Source of the DNA: Neolecta irregularis DAH-3
Lineage: Eukaryota
DNA length: 64,000 nt
Reading direction: 5' to 3'
Assembly: GCA_001929475.1 (NCBI GenBank)
Contig: LXFE01000119.1
Span: 1 to 64,000, forward strand
In this document: one piece after another, positions 24,359-37,205 of the stretch
Position numbering within the stretch: position 1 is the first letter of the stretch
Layout: every line of letters begins with the position of its first letter
Made by a program: the position numbers and the translations under genes
Notes under the pieces: model-generated
The model's input: the letters and a program-made list of their open reading frames with translations, nothing else
What the model was told of the DNA's origin: nothing
Databases searched by the model: none

Positions 24359-24701
24359 ATGATTGTGCCTGTGCGGTGTTTTTCCTGCGGAAAGGTGACT
24401 GCTCTTTGCAGCACGACTGACAGTAGGTATGATGGTATTGTATCTATACTGATGCAGGTCGTTGGGGACAAATGGGAAGAATATCTCGGACTGTTGCAAA
24501 AAGACACTACGGAAGGGTACGATTTATTTTATATGTGCTGAGATTAGGGATGCGCTTGACCGGCTGGGATTGAAACGATACTGCTGCCGGCGGATGATAC
24601 TGACTCATGTTGATCTGATTGAGAAGATTCTCCACTATAATCGTGTGCTGCCGGTGTGATTTGTGCTGACTGCAGAATTCGAGCGGGCTAACCGGCACTG
24701 A
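24359..24701 (+). CDS. RPB10: RNA polymerase I/II/III shared subunit RPABC5
   Basis: [21 protein letters not shown]...[19 protein letters not shown]. Confidence 0.98.
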
Positions 24702-24799
24702 GTAGTATATATAGCTGGATATTATAATTGTAAAGTACAGAAATGCATGACTGATTTACTGCATCCCATAATTTCATCCAGTTTATAGAATTCACCTCC

Positions 24800-26822
24800 A
24801 TGCCGCTGCCTTTTTCGCCAACTGCAGGCGACAATTCGCTCGATGCCGATCCGCCTCCGCCGGTGCTCGACAGCGTTCTCGGGCGGCTGCTGCTCGCGGG
24901 CGATACGGAACCTGCGATCGCCGATCTGCCGCTGCCCCATACCCGCTTCTTTCGCCCAAACTCGTCGATTCGCCCAAGAAAAATAGCAAGGGCGCGTCTC
25001 GGCCCTCCTAAAAGGGCGGATGTGGGCATCGATGCTAATAATGATGGGAATATCGATAATATTGGAGGGGATAATAATGGAGGGGATGTCAATATTGAAG
25101 GGGATGTCAATAATATCGACCGGGATAGTGGTAATATCGACCGGGATATCAATAATATTGGGGAGAATATCAACGATATCGACGATTTCCATCGGAATAT
25201 TGAAGGAAATATCATCAATATCAACAATATCGAACAGGATAATATTGGAATTAAATATCCAATCGACTCTCCCAATATCATTCGAGATTCAGTCAGATCG
25301 AATACCCCAGACTCGATCAAATCAAAAATCATCCGAGATTCTATCAAATCAATCATCACCCGAGATTCTGTCAGATCGAATACCCCAGACTCTATAAAAT
25401 CAAATATCATCCGAGATTCTGTCAAATCAATCATCACCCGAGATTCTATCAGATCAAATACCCCAGACTCTGTCAAATCAATCATCACCCGAGATTCTGT
25501 CAGATCAAATACCCGAGACTCTATAAAATCAAATATCATTCCGCATGCTATAAACCCGAATATAAATACCAATATCAAATCTATCAAATCTATCAACATT
25601 CCTATAGATCTCTCATCCCGCTCACTCTTATCCTCATCCCTCGATCGCTCGCTTCTGGTATCCCTTCTCTCTCTCCTGCTAATCAGAGTCGGCCCCCCCA
25701 TTACGCACCTCCACTCCCCCCTCCTCTCCCAAGCACAAAACAACAATCACCCTCAATGACCGCACATACACAAGACTCTCAATTATCGGCCGCGGCGGAA
25801 GTTCAAAGGTCTTCAAAGTCATCAGCCCAGACAACAAAATTTACGCCCTCAAAAGAGTCTCCTTCGACAAGGCAGACAATTCAGCCATCCAGGGCTACAA
25901 AAACGAAATAGCCCTCCTCAAAAAACTCGCTGGCCACGACGAAATTGTCCGTCTTTATGACTCGGAGATAAATGACCACAAAGGCTACCTCCTCATGGTA
26001 CTTCTTCTCACTCCAAAACTAACCACCCAGCTGATGGAAATCGGTGAAATAGATCTCGCACACATTCTCCAGAAATCATCAGACCAACAACCAGACATGA
26101 ACTTCATCAAATTCACCTGGAAACAAATGCTATATGCTGTCCACATCATCCACGAATCAAAAATAGTCCATTCAGATCTAAAACCCGCAAACTTCCTCAT
26201 GGTCCAAGGGTCCCTCAAACTCATAGACTTTGGAATCGCAAAGGCAATCGCCAACGATACCACAAATATCCACCGTGAAACACAGGTCGGAACAGTCAAT
26301 TACATGAGTCCAGAAGCTATCCGCGATACAGGACTACCTGGAAAATCGAGAATGATGAAATTAGGCAGACCAAGCGACATCTGGAGCCTCGGATGCATCC
26401 TCTACCAAATGGTCTATGGAAAACTCCCTTTTGGTCATTTGACTATGTACCAAAAACTCCAAGTCATCCCAGACCCCCGCTGCGAAATCCTCTTTCCAGA
26501 TCACGGGTCAGGCGGACTGGCTATCGATTCTTCACTCATGCAATGTCTCAAAGGCTGTCTATGTCGTGATCCTAAAACCCGCATGACCATCCCGCAACTC
26601 TTGAACCATTCTTTTCTTCGCGCTCCTTCATCTACAGACAAAGTCGCAATCTCAGTCGATCAAATGTTTCGTTTAATGGTGGAAACTTTGGAATACGGAC
26701 AAAAGGGCGGTGATACCCGTCCCCAAGTCGTCATGCGCTTGGCTAAGGTAGTTACTTTCTACCTTGCCAATTTCTTTTTAACTTCATAGGACGTTTTTGA
26801 TAAATTAAAAAGAGACTCGTGA
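24800..26822 (+). CDS. MPS1: Spindle checkpoint kinase Mps1/Mph1 (TTK family)
   Basis: IGRGGSSKV, HSDLKPANF, DFGIAKAIANDTTNIHRETQVGTVNYMSPE. A 31-nt intron (25658-25688) joins the N-terminal ORF to the kinase frame; 2 further introns. Confidence 0.93.
25030..25540 (+). repeat. Coding low-complexity (N/D/I/G) tract followed by tandem 24-nt-based RDS[IV][KR]S repeats in MPS1
   Basis: atcatcacccgagattctgtcagatc / aataccccagactc units are repeated. Confidence 0.9.
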
Positions 26823-26929
26823 TTCCTTCTTTGGCTTTCTTGGACAGGCGTATTTCTCCGTTTTTTATCTTTTTCTCTTGTAGGTGAATTGGGAAATCAA
26901 GGTTTCTCTTGTTAATTTTTATATACGCA

Positions 26930-27429
26930 CTAATTTGAACCACTCGTCTCTAATTCATCCGCAATCTTCAATTCACATATCCTAGAATATTAATATCCAG
27001 CGATCAAAGCCCACCATACCGCAAAACCGTCTGGTAGTGTTTCGACGTAACCCGCTTTTTATGTCGTTGTCTCCGTCGATCTAGAATCTTTTCAAACATT
27101 GGTCCCTTTGTAATTTCCAAAACTACAGCCCGGGCCGTGAACAGTTTATTATCAATCCATGGATTCCCTTGGATAGTGAAATCCCGACTACCCAGTTTCG
27201 AACAATGCGTTAAACGGATAATTTGGCCGGGTCTGTGCAGTGGTTTCATATTAAACGGAACGGTCAACTGGTCGTTTTCAGTTAATAGGTAGGGTCTATC
27301 ATGAATATGTAAAACGGCATAATGATTCGGTTGTGATTTCAGACCTCCAATAGACGTAAAAATATTTTTTAAATATGTCGCTGTATAGTTAAACCCATTC
27401 CTTACGATTTCTTTTATACTTTTTGACAT
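26930..27429 (-). CDS. MRPL49: Mitochondrial ribosomal protein bL21m
   Basis: YAVLHIHDRPYLLT, LGSRDFTIQG and RRQRHK...HYQTVLRICEL; one intron. Confidence 0.9.
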
Positions 27430-27545
27430 TAAATGTGCGATTTCTGATAAAGTGATTACGACAAGATTGTCAAGGTGGTGTCTGGTCGCGCGCTCAAAAG
27501 TTTTCGGAATATTTCGTCACCGAGTGACCCCGTAAATTTCACGAT

Positions 27546-29297
27546 ATGTCAAGTTCTCCGTCTTTGTTATTCACTACACTTGAAAAATCACCTCGGGACT
27601 TTTTGAATCCTTCTGGAAAGCTCTATGAATCTGCTCTTGCTCTGTTGAAAGATATACTCGATCCTATCGCGAGTAAGTACTCGGTATTTGAAAAGATTGC
27701 GTTGGATGGGTTGGACGTCGATCAAATTGTTGAACAGGCGCGGTATGTCGTCAATGGAATACTGGAAACAGTACCGGGTGAGATTCAGCAGGAGAAAAAT
27801 CTGGAAACCGAAGAGGGCGATATCGAAGAGGAAATCTCTGAGGAGGACGTTGAAATCGATATTAATACGGACGATATTAGAACGGATGATGTTGAGACAG
27901 AAGACGAACAGAGTACAGATTTTATACAAGAGTCGAATGAAAGCGATTTTGATCAAGATACTAACAGTCCTCAAATAACACCAGACGTCCACGGGCTAAA
28001 CGATAAATTCTTCTCAATCGAAAACTTCAACCGGGTGACTCAAGATATGGAAAATGAACAAGACGACCAACAAACTGATGACGGAATCGATTATAACGCC
28101 GGTACTTTTCCCCTTCCATTTAGTTCATACCTCATCTTCAGATCCTGATGAACTCGACGATTCACATGATGAAGATCTCGACAGCGATAATGCTAATGAG
28201 ATCCGATACAAAGATTTTTTTGCACCTACTAAAAAGTCGTCAAAACGGAAACCTCACTTCAAAAAACCAGAAACTTACGAATCGCAGATCGAACGTATAC
28301 AACGGGATCTCTTTGAAGATAATGAGCCCGAAGAAGTGGTTCGCTCTGGTACTGTAATATCTATTCATCTTATTGATTACTAGACATGTCTAAATTCGAA
28401 AAGAAACAGGCCTTGTTGAAGCAACAGATTCATTCACTCGAACAAGAAAACATTGGGAAGAAAAAATGGACGTTGGTGGGGGAAGCCAAAGCCAAAGACC
28501 GTCCAGTGAATTCATTACTAGAAGAAGATTTGGAATTTGAACGGGGCGGGAAACCGGTTCCTGTGATTACTCAACAAGTTACCAATAGCATAGAAGAGAT
28601 TATTCGATCTCGCGTTGCTAAGGTATATTTCTTTCTAGTTCTCCTCACGTTGATCATCCAGGGATTATTCGACGATGTATTGAAACGGTTACCTCAAATT
28701 AATTTCGAAAAATCGACTCCATTCGAACTGGACGATTCTAAAAGTAAAAAATCGCTAGCCCAGCTCTATCAAGATGATTATACAAAACCTCAATCAACCG
28801 CCCTTGAGAAAAATACTCAACATGAAGAAGTGGAGAAATTATGGAAACAAGTATCACATAAACTTGATAGTCTTTCCTCGTGGCATTATACTCCGAAACC
28901 AGTTGTTGTGGGACTCGAGGTTCTTACTTGTGCACCGACGATTGAAATGGAGGATAGCAGGCCTGATGCCAGTGCTTTCGAAACACAGCTTGCACCGCAG
29001 GAGATTTACAATCCCGGCCAGTCGAAACAGGATGGAATGATCGTTATGAAGAGCGGAGTCCCTGTATCAAAAGACGAAATGAGCAGAGAAGATAAACGAC
29101 GTATGAGACGGCGGCAGAAGAATAAGAAAAAGATGAGTGGAGTCTTGAAGAAAATTAGCAAGAATGACGAGACTATGCGGACGCTGAAAAAGGGCGGAGT
29201 AGTTATCATTGGTCGAAATGGAGAAAAGAAGACGCTAGATGGCAAAACAGTTCGAGAGAAAAAAGTCATTAAAGGTGGAGCGCAACTGAAGCTGTAA
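27546..29297 (+). CDS. MPP10: U3 snoRNP protein Mpp10
   Basis: YKDFF, WTLVGEA..RPVNSLLEEDLEF, KSKKSLAQLY, LDSLSSWHYTPKP and LAPQEIY; 3 introns. Confidence 0.95.
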
Positions 29298-29334
29298 ATA
29301 CGAATTTCGTACTTGTGGATAAAAGTACACATTT

Positions 29335-30062
29335 TCACATACCCTTTGTGTAAACCTTGTTATCCTCGAAATATTTCATCACAATAGACACAATATTTTC
29401 TAATGCATTCAGCCATTCAATCAACTGTTTCTCAACGAGATCTTGGTCTTGGCCTAATTTCTTATAAAAGTCCTTTCGATAGGGAGTCGATTTCAATGCA
29501 ACGCTGATTAAAGGACGAACCAACATACCATGATGTTTTCGTAATGTTTCTTCATAGGCTTTTGAGAAAGAAACGCCTAATTCCTGTTGCTTGTCATCAA
29601 TATTTTTCCGAAGACCCGCTGCGGTGAACTGCAACCCTCTAAAATGCATCAATTGAAAATGCAGGGAGCAAATATACCGAGCTAGCCAAAGAAAACCTTC
29701 AGTTGCTACCCTCTTCTTCTCGGTCGCATTTTCATGTTCAACCAGAATTTGAAGGGTTGCAGATTGCTCTAGATGCCCCAGCTGTCTATCACGAATTTTC
29801 TTTTCAATTAAGCACATCATAATGACTCTTTCCTTACTTTGATGTTTGTCCTCATATCGGATTTGACCAAGGAGAAGGCTGTTCCGCCGATAACATCTGC
29901 TCTTGTCAGCTGATCAACGTGTAGAAAATTACCAAAGAGCATGACTAGAGCTTCACTTGCTTCAAGAAATTCTGTCGTAGAGATTCCAGCGTCTGTAATT
30001 GGAACATCGGCAAAAGAACGCTTGCCATCAAAGAAGGTTACTTGGGTAGATTGTTTTGACAT
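29335..30062 (-). CDS. Glycolipid transfer protein (HET-C2 family)
   Basis: TTEFLEASE, VKSDMRTNIKK, ATEGFLWLARGL, AYEETLRKHH and PYRKDFY; 3 introns. Confidence 0.93.
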
Positions 30063-30559
30063 GTGTTCTGCGCGGATTGTTAAGTGGCCCACTTGACCAA
30101 ATTTCACCACCACCACCACTCCAAATGTAGAGTAGCCTACTTTACCTTTCCCAACCTCCACTCCACCTTAATTGTTGCAATTATATCTTTATATTCTCAT
30201 CTACTTGGAGTTTTTGTCAACTGGTCAATCCTCAATTGTATACAGATGAGGCCTCCTAGAATAATATGTCTTCGCAATAAGGATATAAAACGATGTGCAA
30301 GTCCAAAATTGTTTGCACTTAAGACTCGTTTGATCAAAAGTTTGAATATCTTTCTGATAAAAGACGTGTCCGATTTCCTGCAGTACAGAAACACCTGGCA
30401 TTGACTATAAGAGTGATAACTTTCAATGCGTCCATCGACTCGTTCTTGCGTGTGTAGGTCTTTTTAACCATGTCAGACTACACAGCTGCAGTAATAATAG
30501 CGTCTGAACACCAAAACCATATCCAACAACCGTACTTCCTATTTCCAAAACTTCATCTA

Positions 30560-31262
30560 TCATTGTGGTTTCTTGCTACTCTTCCGTTCAAAGGCCTCTC
30601 GATCTTTTACGAAAATGGATTCTAGCCGGGCTTGTAAAGTTGGCCGATATCCAAGCATGAATAACACTTCGATAAATACGAAGAAGGGTGCAAGAAAGAT
30701 TGCTACCTCGTTCAGCTTAAACCGTTGTATAAAATATACCTTGAAGTAGGTTATCCAGCAGTGCGGGTGCTCGTTTCTCATGAACACCATGTCCATAAAA
30801 CTGAGCCAGCCAGCTAACGACGTGCAACACTCCAGCGATCTTGTTTGAATAAGGAACCGTGTGATGAAAGTTTCTTGCAGTTACTGCCATCATAATCAAT
30901 ATTGGGAGGTAGAGAGTCTGTTGCTTTAGTTCTTCGTAGGCCAAAAGTGGAGACCCCAGCAACCGGTTCCAATAGAACATAACCAGACGCGTATATGAGA
31001 GCTGTGATCAAACAGGTGTTTATTTCAATGTTAGTTCCCGGTATTATTCCAAACGGTTGCAAGTTCGCAGACCAGACTAATGCCGTCCAGAATATCAACG
31101 GAACACATACTATCCTTTAGAACAGGGTTGGAAAATTAAGCCAAACTTATATGAATAATCTTATTAATTGAGTTGTGATGATAGGCGCCATAGAAAGCAA
31201 GGTTCTTCTCGAGCTGATTGTTATTTCAAAGGTGAGACAATAGGATGTACATTGAAGATCAT
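30560..31262 (-). CDS. MPO1: DUF962 / Mpo1-like 2-hydroxy fatty acid dioxygenase
   Basis: [20 protein letters not shown] and [22 protein letters not shown]; 4 introns. Confidence 0.9.
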
Positions 31263-31769
31263 AACGTGGTGGAGATAGCCTACGGACTAATGACAGACGT
31301 TTCAGACATATGACTCCACAATCTCTAAAAAGACAACCGAGGTCGTCCATTTACTTATACTTACTCTCTACCACAGGCAACAATTAACTACTAAACTCTT
31401 GAATTCGTGTACTACATGTATATATCTGGGTGTCCAGTGTATCAAAAACCTCGTTCTGTCCCAACAACGGTAGCAGGGAGACAAAGTAGGCGATTTTTGT
31501 TATATAGAGAAGCTTCTCACCAACCTTCGCAACGTAACTTGCAATATATTGTTGAAATACCGACCACTTGAAAGTTCTGTTTCTAATGTAATATAATCAT
31601 TCACTTCCATTTTCCTGTATTCATATTTCTGCACAATGACTGAACTAGCTGTTGTCATCGCAGCTTAAAATATAAGAAAAACAATTTGAATTCTCGTCAA
31701 GGAATCTCCGTCGATTGTGATTTTCTGGGCCTGTCGCGTGATTATACACCGCTTCTATTGTTGGGTAGT

Positions 31770-33789
31770 TTAGACCCCACGACGGCTCTCTGGTTTTACC
31801 TCATGACTATATAGACGCTCTTTCTCACCGACTCTTTGGCGCAAAATGGTTTTTCGGAACCACCACTTTCCAACTCGGAATTGATATGCAGCATGTAAAG
31901 TCGTAGGAATACTGAAAACTCGATCGAGTTCCTCAAGAGAGAGAGCTAAAGTCAGTTGTTGGAAACAAGTAAAATTACCTTTGGTTTCCGGAACGAAGAA
32001 AAAGACCAACACCCATCCGATAAGACACCAACTAGCATACCAACTAAATGCGCCTCTTTATTCAGTTAGTGATAGTGAAAAAAATGGGATGGATTACTGA
32101 ACCGTGAACGCATCTCGCAGACTTGGCCAGGTAATGCTGAGAACGAAATTGAAAAACCAGCAAGTGGCAGTAGCCCACGACATTCCAATATCACGAATGT
32201 ATAGCGGAAACGCTTCAGCTGAATAGGTGAAGGGAACGGGACCTTCTCCCGGCGAGTATACGGCCCAAAACAAATAGATGAACACAGCAACGGAAGCAAG
32301 ACGTGAATTTTTGTCCTCAATAAAGAATGAAAAGCCAGTCAAGAACAGAAATGCAGACATGAGAGGAAAAGTAACGAGCAAAAGGTTTCGACGACCAAAA
32401 GTATCGATGGTATAAATAGCAGGGATGGCGAAAATCCAATTGATGATACCACCACCCAAAGAAGCCAACATACCAGTTTGATCTGAAAGACCTCCGTCTT
32501 CGGTGAAGATGACGCTGGAGTAGTAGGCTATAACATTGACTCCGCAAAACTGCTGCATAAACATGACAATAAAAGAAGCCAAAGTAGCTCTTCGAATTCG
32601 AGGAACACAGAACAGATCGATCAACTGATTTCGGCCCCGCTGAGCCTCCACTTCGAGTTTAACGTTAACATGAACGAGATATAGATCGCGTGCGGCTTGA
32701 AGTTGTGTTCCCCGGATACGGTTGAACGAGTCGAATGCTTCTCTATATCGGTTTTTTTTGATGAGCCACCGAGGCGACTCGGGACAGAAATAAACTTGGA
32801 GGCAGACAAATATTGGTGCAATAACGGTAGAACCAAGCATAAGACGCCATGCAAGGTTTTCACGAACATTGAGAAATGCCACGTCTACTATGTAACCAAG
32901 CATAATTCCAAAGCTAAACTCAATAGTGGACTCAAAAGATGGGTTTACGCAGTCCAGACTTGCCACTGCATGACAAGAGCTCCTCGAATGGACGTAGGAG
33001 CACATTCTGCAGCATAAACAGGAACCGTAGTCGACTTGCTCCCGATACCAAGACCAAGTACGAATCGTGCCATAAATAAGTTAACCCAGGAATTCGCAAC
33101 GCCTTCCCAGATACTAGCAGCTCCAGCTACGAGGCAGGAGAGAAAGATTACACCTCGTCGACCTAGCAAATTGTTGAGAGGTTCGGTGATCCAACATCCG
33201 AGAACGGCACAACATAGGTAGGGCGCAGAATTGATCAATCCGACGAGCCAGGATGATTTCGATTGAGACATATACGGTGGTTCAAGCTTGAAATGCTTTT
33301 TGTAGAAGATTTGAGCTCCATTGACGACTGTCTCGTCCATTCCTTGTACTATGGCACACATCGAGCAGAGAACTGTCAATTAATGATGATGTCTCAACTA
33401 AGATATGCACCAACAAGGTAATACAGTTCCCTTGGTTGTCGCCATTTGTGATTGATTTCATCATCAAGAGCTCGAATATCTTCTTGCGTCAAACCAACAA
33501 TGGTGCCGGTAATTTCATCAAGCTCTGCGTATTTATCAGGGTTTTGGGCGACGAATGCTCCTTTGGTGAAAAGGTCTATTTTGTCTTCCAGACCCTTGGA
33601 TTCGCAGAATTCGCGAACATTCCGCCGAAGAGCATCCGCTGGAATTCCAACTAGAGGATTTTCAAGCAATTCTGGATCCCCGTTTGGTATAAATCCGAGC
33701 TCTTTTTGAACAGGATCACTTAGTCGTTGCTTCTCAGCGGTCATGGACGCCGGAATAGCTAATCCTTCGTCATATGCGTTTCCGGGCAT
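31770..33789 (-). CDS. MFS sugar/polyol (inositol-transporter-like) porter
   Basis: VQGMDETVVNGAQ, PVYAAECAP..IRGALVMQWQ, PESPRWL, QQFCGVN and SPGEGPVPFTYSAEAFP; 4 introns. Confidence 0.93.
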
Positions 33790-34607
33790 GATAGAGATAT
33801 TCGAAAGACGTTTGTGCGACAGGAAATATGAGTCCTTAATAAGGGTTCGGACGGATTTGAGCGAAGCAGCTCATTTTAAGAGCAAAAGTCAATATCTAGG
33901 TTAGTGTGAAAAATGATGCAACTAGCGTATGAAAGTGTCAAGTTCTCTTCCAGAGCCTGCTAATTACTGGAAGGCTTCTTTGAAAACCTGTTTTCGCCTG
34001 AATCCTTGACTGGTCCATCTCAAAAGAAGGTTTCAATAGACACTACCAGGAGATCCACGGAACCAGTGATTGCGCTGCGCTTGTAATGTATTGAGATTTT
34101 CCACTCAACATTTAGGTCCAGCCGACGCAAGAGTGGAGATGTCTCTGACAGTACAGGGATCCATTGATATTTCTACTGACAGTACTTTTGTGACTGACAC
34201 TCTTTGAGTGAATCTTTTAGTGTTTTGCAAAGCATCACAGTCCTACGGCATGAAGCACAGCAAGAAGCTACTATCAGACCACAGGCAAGAGGCTACTCTT
34301 CATGGCTTCATACTATGGTGGGAATCACGGCAGGACATATATAGCAAGCTCCTATTCTTTGCCTATTGTTACTACTGTCGAGGCCGAATCAGAGGATCGC
34401 CCAGTATCAAATGTTCTATTGTCAGGAAACTTGCGGCCTGCGTCAGAGAGAACGAAAAGCCCAAAAAAGTTCAAAATAAGTAGAATGGTGTTTTTATCAT
34501 TGTACATGATTAATGCCCAAGGCGTGCCTCGTGCAGAATATCTCAGAAAGCCACGTACACTTTCATGTAAAGTAGTCAGACATGGATATAAGTTGTACGC
34601 TTGAGGA

Positions 34608-34825
34608 ACAAATAAAACTAGGTTTTAATTGTTCTAACCCAAGCTATATGAACGTAACTTAGGCATGTTTGTTTCCATTTTTTATATCCTCTATTTTTAA
34701 TCTAAGCTTGTAGGCGTGTAAGCTTAGACTAAGATATGAATTTCTATCTAATGTCTTATTTCTTTCTCCGCCATTGCTGTATTGGTACGGGTATATCCAG
34801 GTAATAGCCGGAATATACCATTACA
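34608..34825 (+). mobile_element. Dispersed repeat copy 2 (solo-LTR-like; 5' limit uncertain)
   Basis: Colinear similarity to 5989-6161 and to the reverse complement of 47023-47180; ends in ...attaca. Confidence 0.65.
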
Positions 34826-35226
34826 CTCACCTTCCCGCCGACAATCTCAACAACTTTTTCCCCCAGATTAATATATTATTATCTGAAAGGCGATTTGAAT
34901 ATGTCTGGTTGAAGATACAATTGACCCGGCTTTTTCGCGAAAATAGAACTTGTAATTCTAGAATTGGTTTTTCTTGTTAGAATATTGGTGAACAAACGGG
35001 TGTCCCATTTCAAGAATCGAGTCTAATACGACCTTGATCTATGAAATCTACAGACTTGCATTCCAATCCCTCAAAAAGACGAAAAATATATATCTGAGAT
35101 TGCAAAAAGAGATAAACAACGGTTCGGTGGTTTATTTCAGGGGCCCATCAGTATCTAAAGTGTTCACGTGTGCTGACGTAGTAACTATAATTGCAAGTTT
35201 CATTCACGAGACATCCACCATAGCCG

Positions 35227-36456
35227 ATGTCTTCCAAACCATCTCGATCGTCGTCTTATCGCTCGGATCATCATACAGACCACGAGGTTTCGGACCAGGA
35301 AGCAATAGAACAGCATTCGAAACGCGAAGAGGAAGAGGGAGAAGGTCTGTTAACCGTGGTAAAAAGCCTAATAGTAGACCTTCTCGAAGACTGCCCTTAT
35401 GATTCAGTTGTGAGTTTTCTCCTATCTCAGACGATGTCGTCTCAGACAACTAGGATATTGATATGATTCACTCTCGAGTTAGATCAATTGCTGATCTTCG
35501 TCTTGACCGTTTCCCCCGTATACAGGCAACCTGATTATCCGAATTATTTAACAAAACTAGACCTTATGTCTTCGTCAAAATCTTATTTCTACCATTGATG
35601 GGATACCAAGCGGACTGAAGGAACTCGACTTATACGATAACAAGATTGATCACATTTCGAATTTGGATGGCATGTCACAGATAGAATCCCTAGATCTTTC
35701 ATTCAATAAACTCAAAACCATAAAGAACATATCGCACCTGAAAACTCTAAGGAACCTTTATTTTGTGCAGAATAAGATTTCGAGAATTCAGGGTTTGGAT
35801 GGATTGCATAAATTGATCAACCTAGAATTGGGCGCAAATCGTATTAGGGTGAGGCCGTTTATCTGAAAGTCTATTCACAAAGTAGAAGATTGAAGGACTG
35901 GAAACGCTGACTTCCCTGGAGCAATTATGGTTGGGAAAGAACAAGATTACAGAGTTATCGGTTTAAAATGCACCTTTCTTCTTGCGCTGATGACCAGAAT
36001 CTTAGTGCGCTAAAGTCCTTACGCTTGATATCAATCCAATCCAATCGTCTCACATCAATAGCCGGTATTTCGAATCTCCAGAATCTCGAAGAGCTCTATA
36101 TCTCCCATAATGGGTTAACCTCATTACTTGGCCTTAAGAACAATCTTAGGGTTCTCGATATCTCGTCAAATAGGATCGACTCAATTGCTTGTAGTCTGAA
36201 ACACATGTCCAACCTCGAAGAGTTCTGGGCGAGTAACAATTTACTGGAGAGCTTGAAAGAGATTGAGGATGAATTGCACGACAAAGAACATCTGGAGACC
36301 GTGTATCTGGAAGGAAATCCTGTGCAAACGAATCAGCCTACTCTCTATCGAAACAAAGTCCGGCTCGCTCTGCCACAGATTAAGCAGATCGATGCCACGT
36401 ACATCCCTCAGAATATTTGCTTCTAATTCACTAGATTTGTCAGAATAGATACATAA
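35227..36456 (+). CDS. SDS22: PP1 regulatory subunit 7 (LRR protein)
   Basis: LCLRQNLI, LDLYDNKI, LDLSFNKL, LELGANRI, LWLGKNKI and VYLEGNP...YRNKV...QIDAT; 6 introns, one of them GC-AG. Confidence 0.95.
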
Positions 36457-36689
36457 CACAATCGTTGCTCAACATGGGAACTACATCAAAAAGAAGGAAA
36501 TTTTGAGTTTCTGTAGGCTTAGATCGTGATATAGTAATTTTCATGTGTAACTATTGAAATTCAGAATCTTTTGTAACCTTGTACTAGTAAAGAGGCCCAT
36601 ATTCCTTATGGGCACCCCTCAATCTGGTAGCTGCTCCTGGAATGGTATTTTAGATTGGAAGTCAATATTAAAATACACACTGACCAAGC

Positions 36690-37205
36690 AATCGAAGACG
36701 GACAGTTATCTTTGAATCTCGTCGTGTCTGCTTGAGAGAATGCTAATGTAACGATATACCATTACCAATGTGCCTAGTGACTTACTAAAATAAGGAATGG
36801 GTATAAAATATGACTTGTATCCAGCTTGGATTCTTGTAACTTGATCTAGGTACACATCCCATAGATTCTCATAATTTAAGCTAGAAAAATATAACCTGGC
36901 TTCATTTGCAATCAAAGATCTCATCTTTCTCTTAAGGACAGTTGAGTAATAAAACAAGATTTGTGTCTTACTATTCTGTAAGTGTGGATACCTCGCTCCT
37001 ACAATGAGTGTGCCCACTTGCCTGCCCGTTGTACGCGGGCTGTCTTCACCAAGAGATCCAAAATGAGTGCAGAATGTGAAAGACTATTCAGCCAAGCAAC
37101 AAAACTGATTACTGATGAAAGAAATCGTCCTGGGAATGACACTATTGAAGCAGATGAATGCCAGAATAACTGGCTGCTTTATGGGCCTTTTTGTAAATGG
37201 TAATG
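36690..37205 (+). mobile_element. Degenerate hAT-family transposase remnant
   Basis: MSAECERLFSQATKLITDERNR...TIEADEC..NW matches the hAT C-terminal dimerisation motif. Upstream LNLVVSA resembles the hAT HxLNLxV motif. Interrupted by stops. Confidence 0.75.

Noticed and set aside
24688-25746. 352-aa antisense ORF opposite MPS1
   Set aside because: Mirror of low-complexity coding repeats with no recognisable domain.
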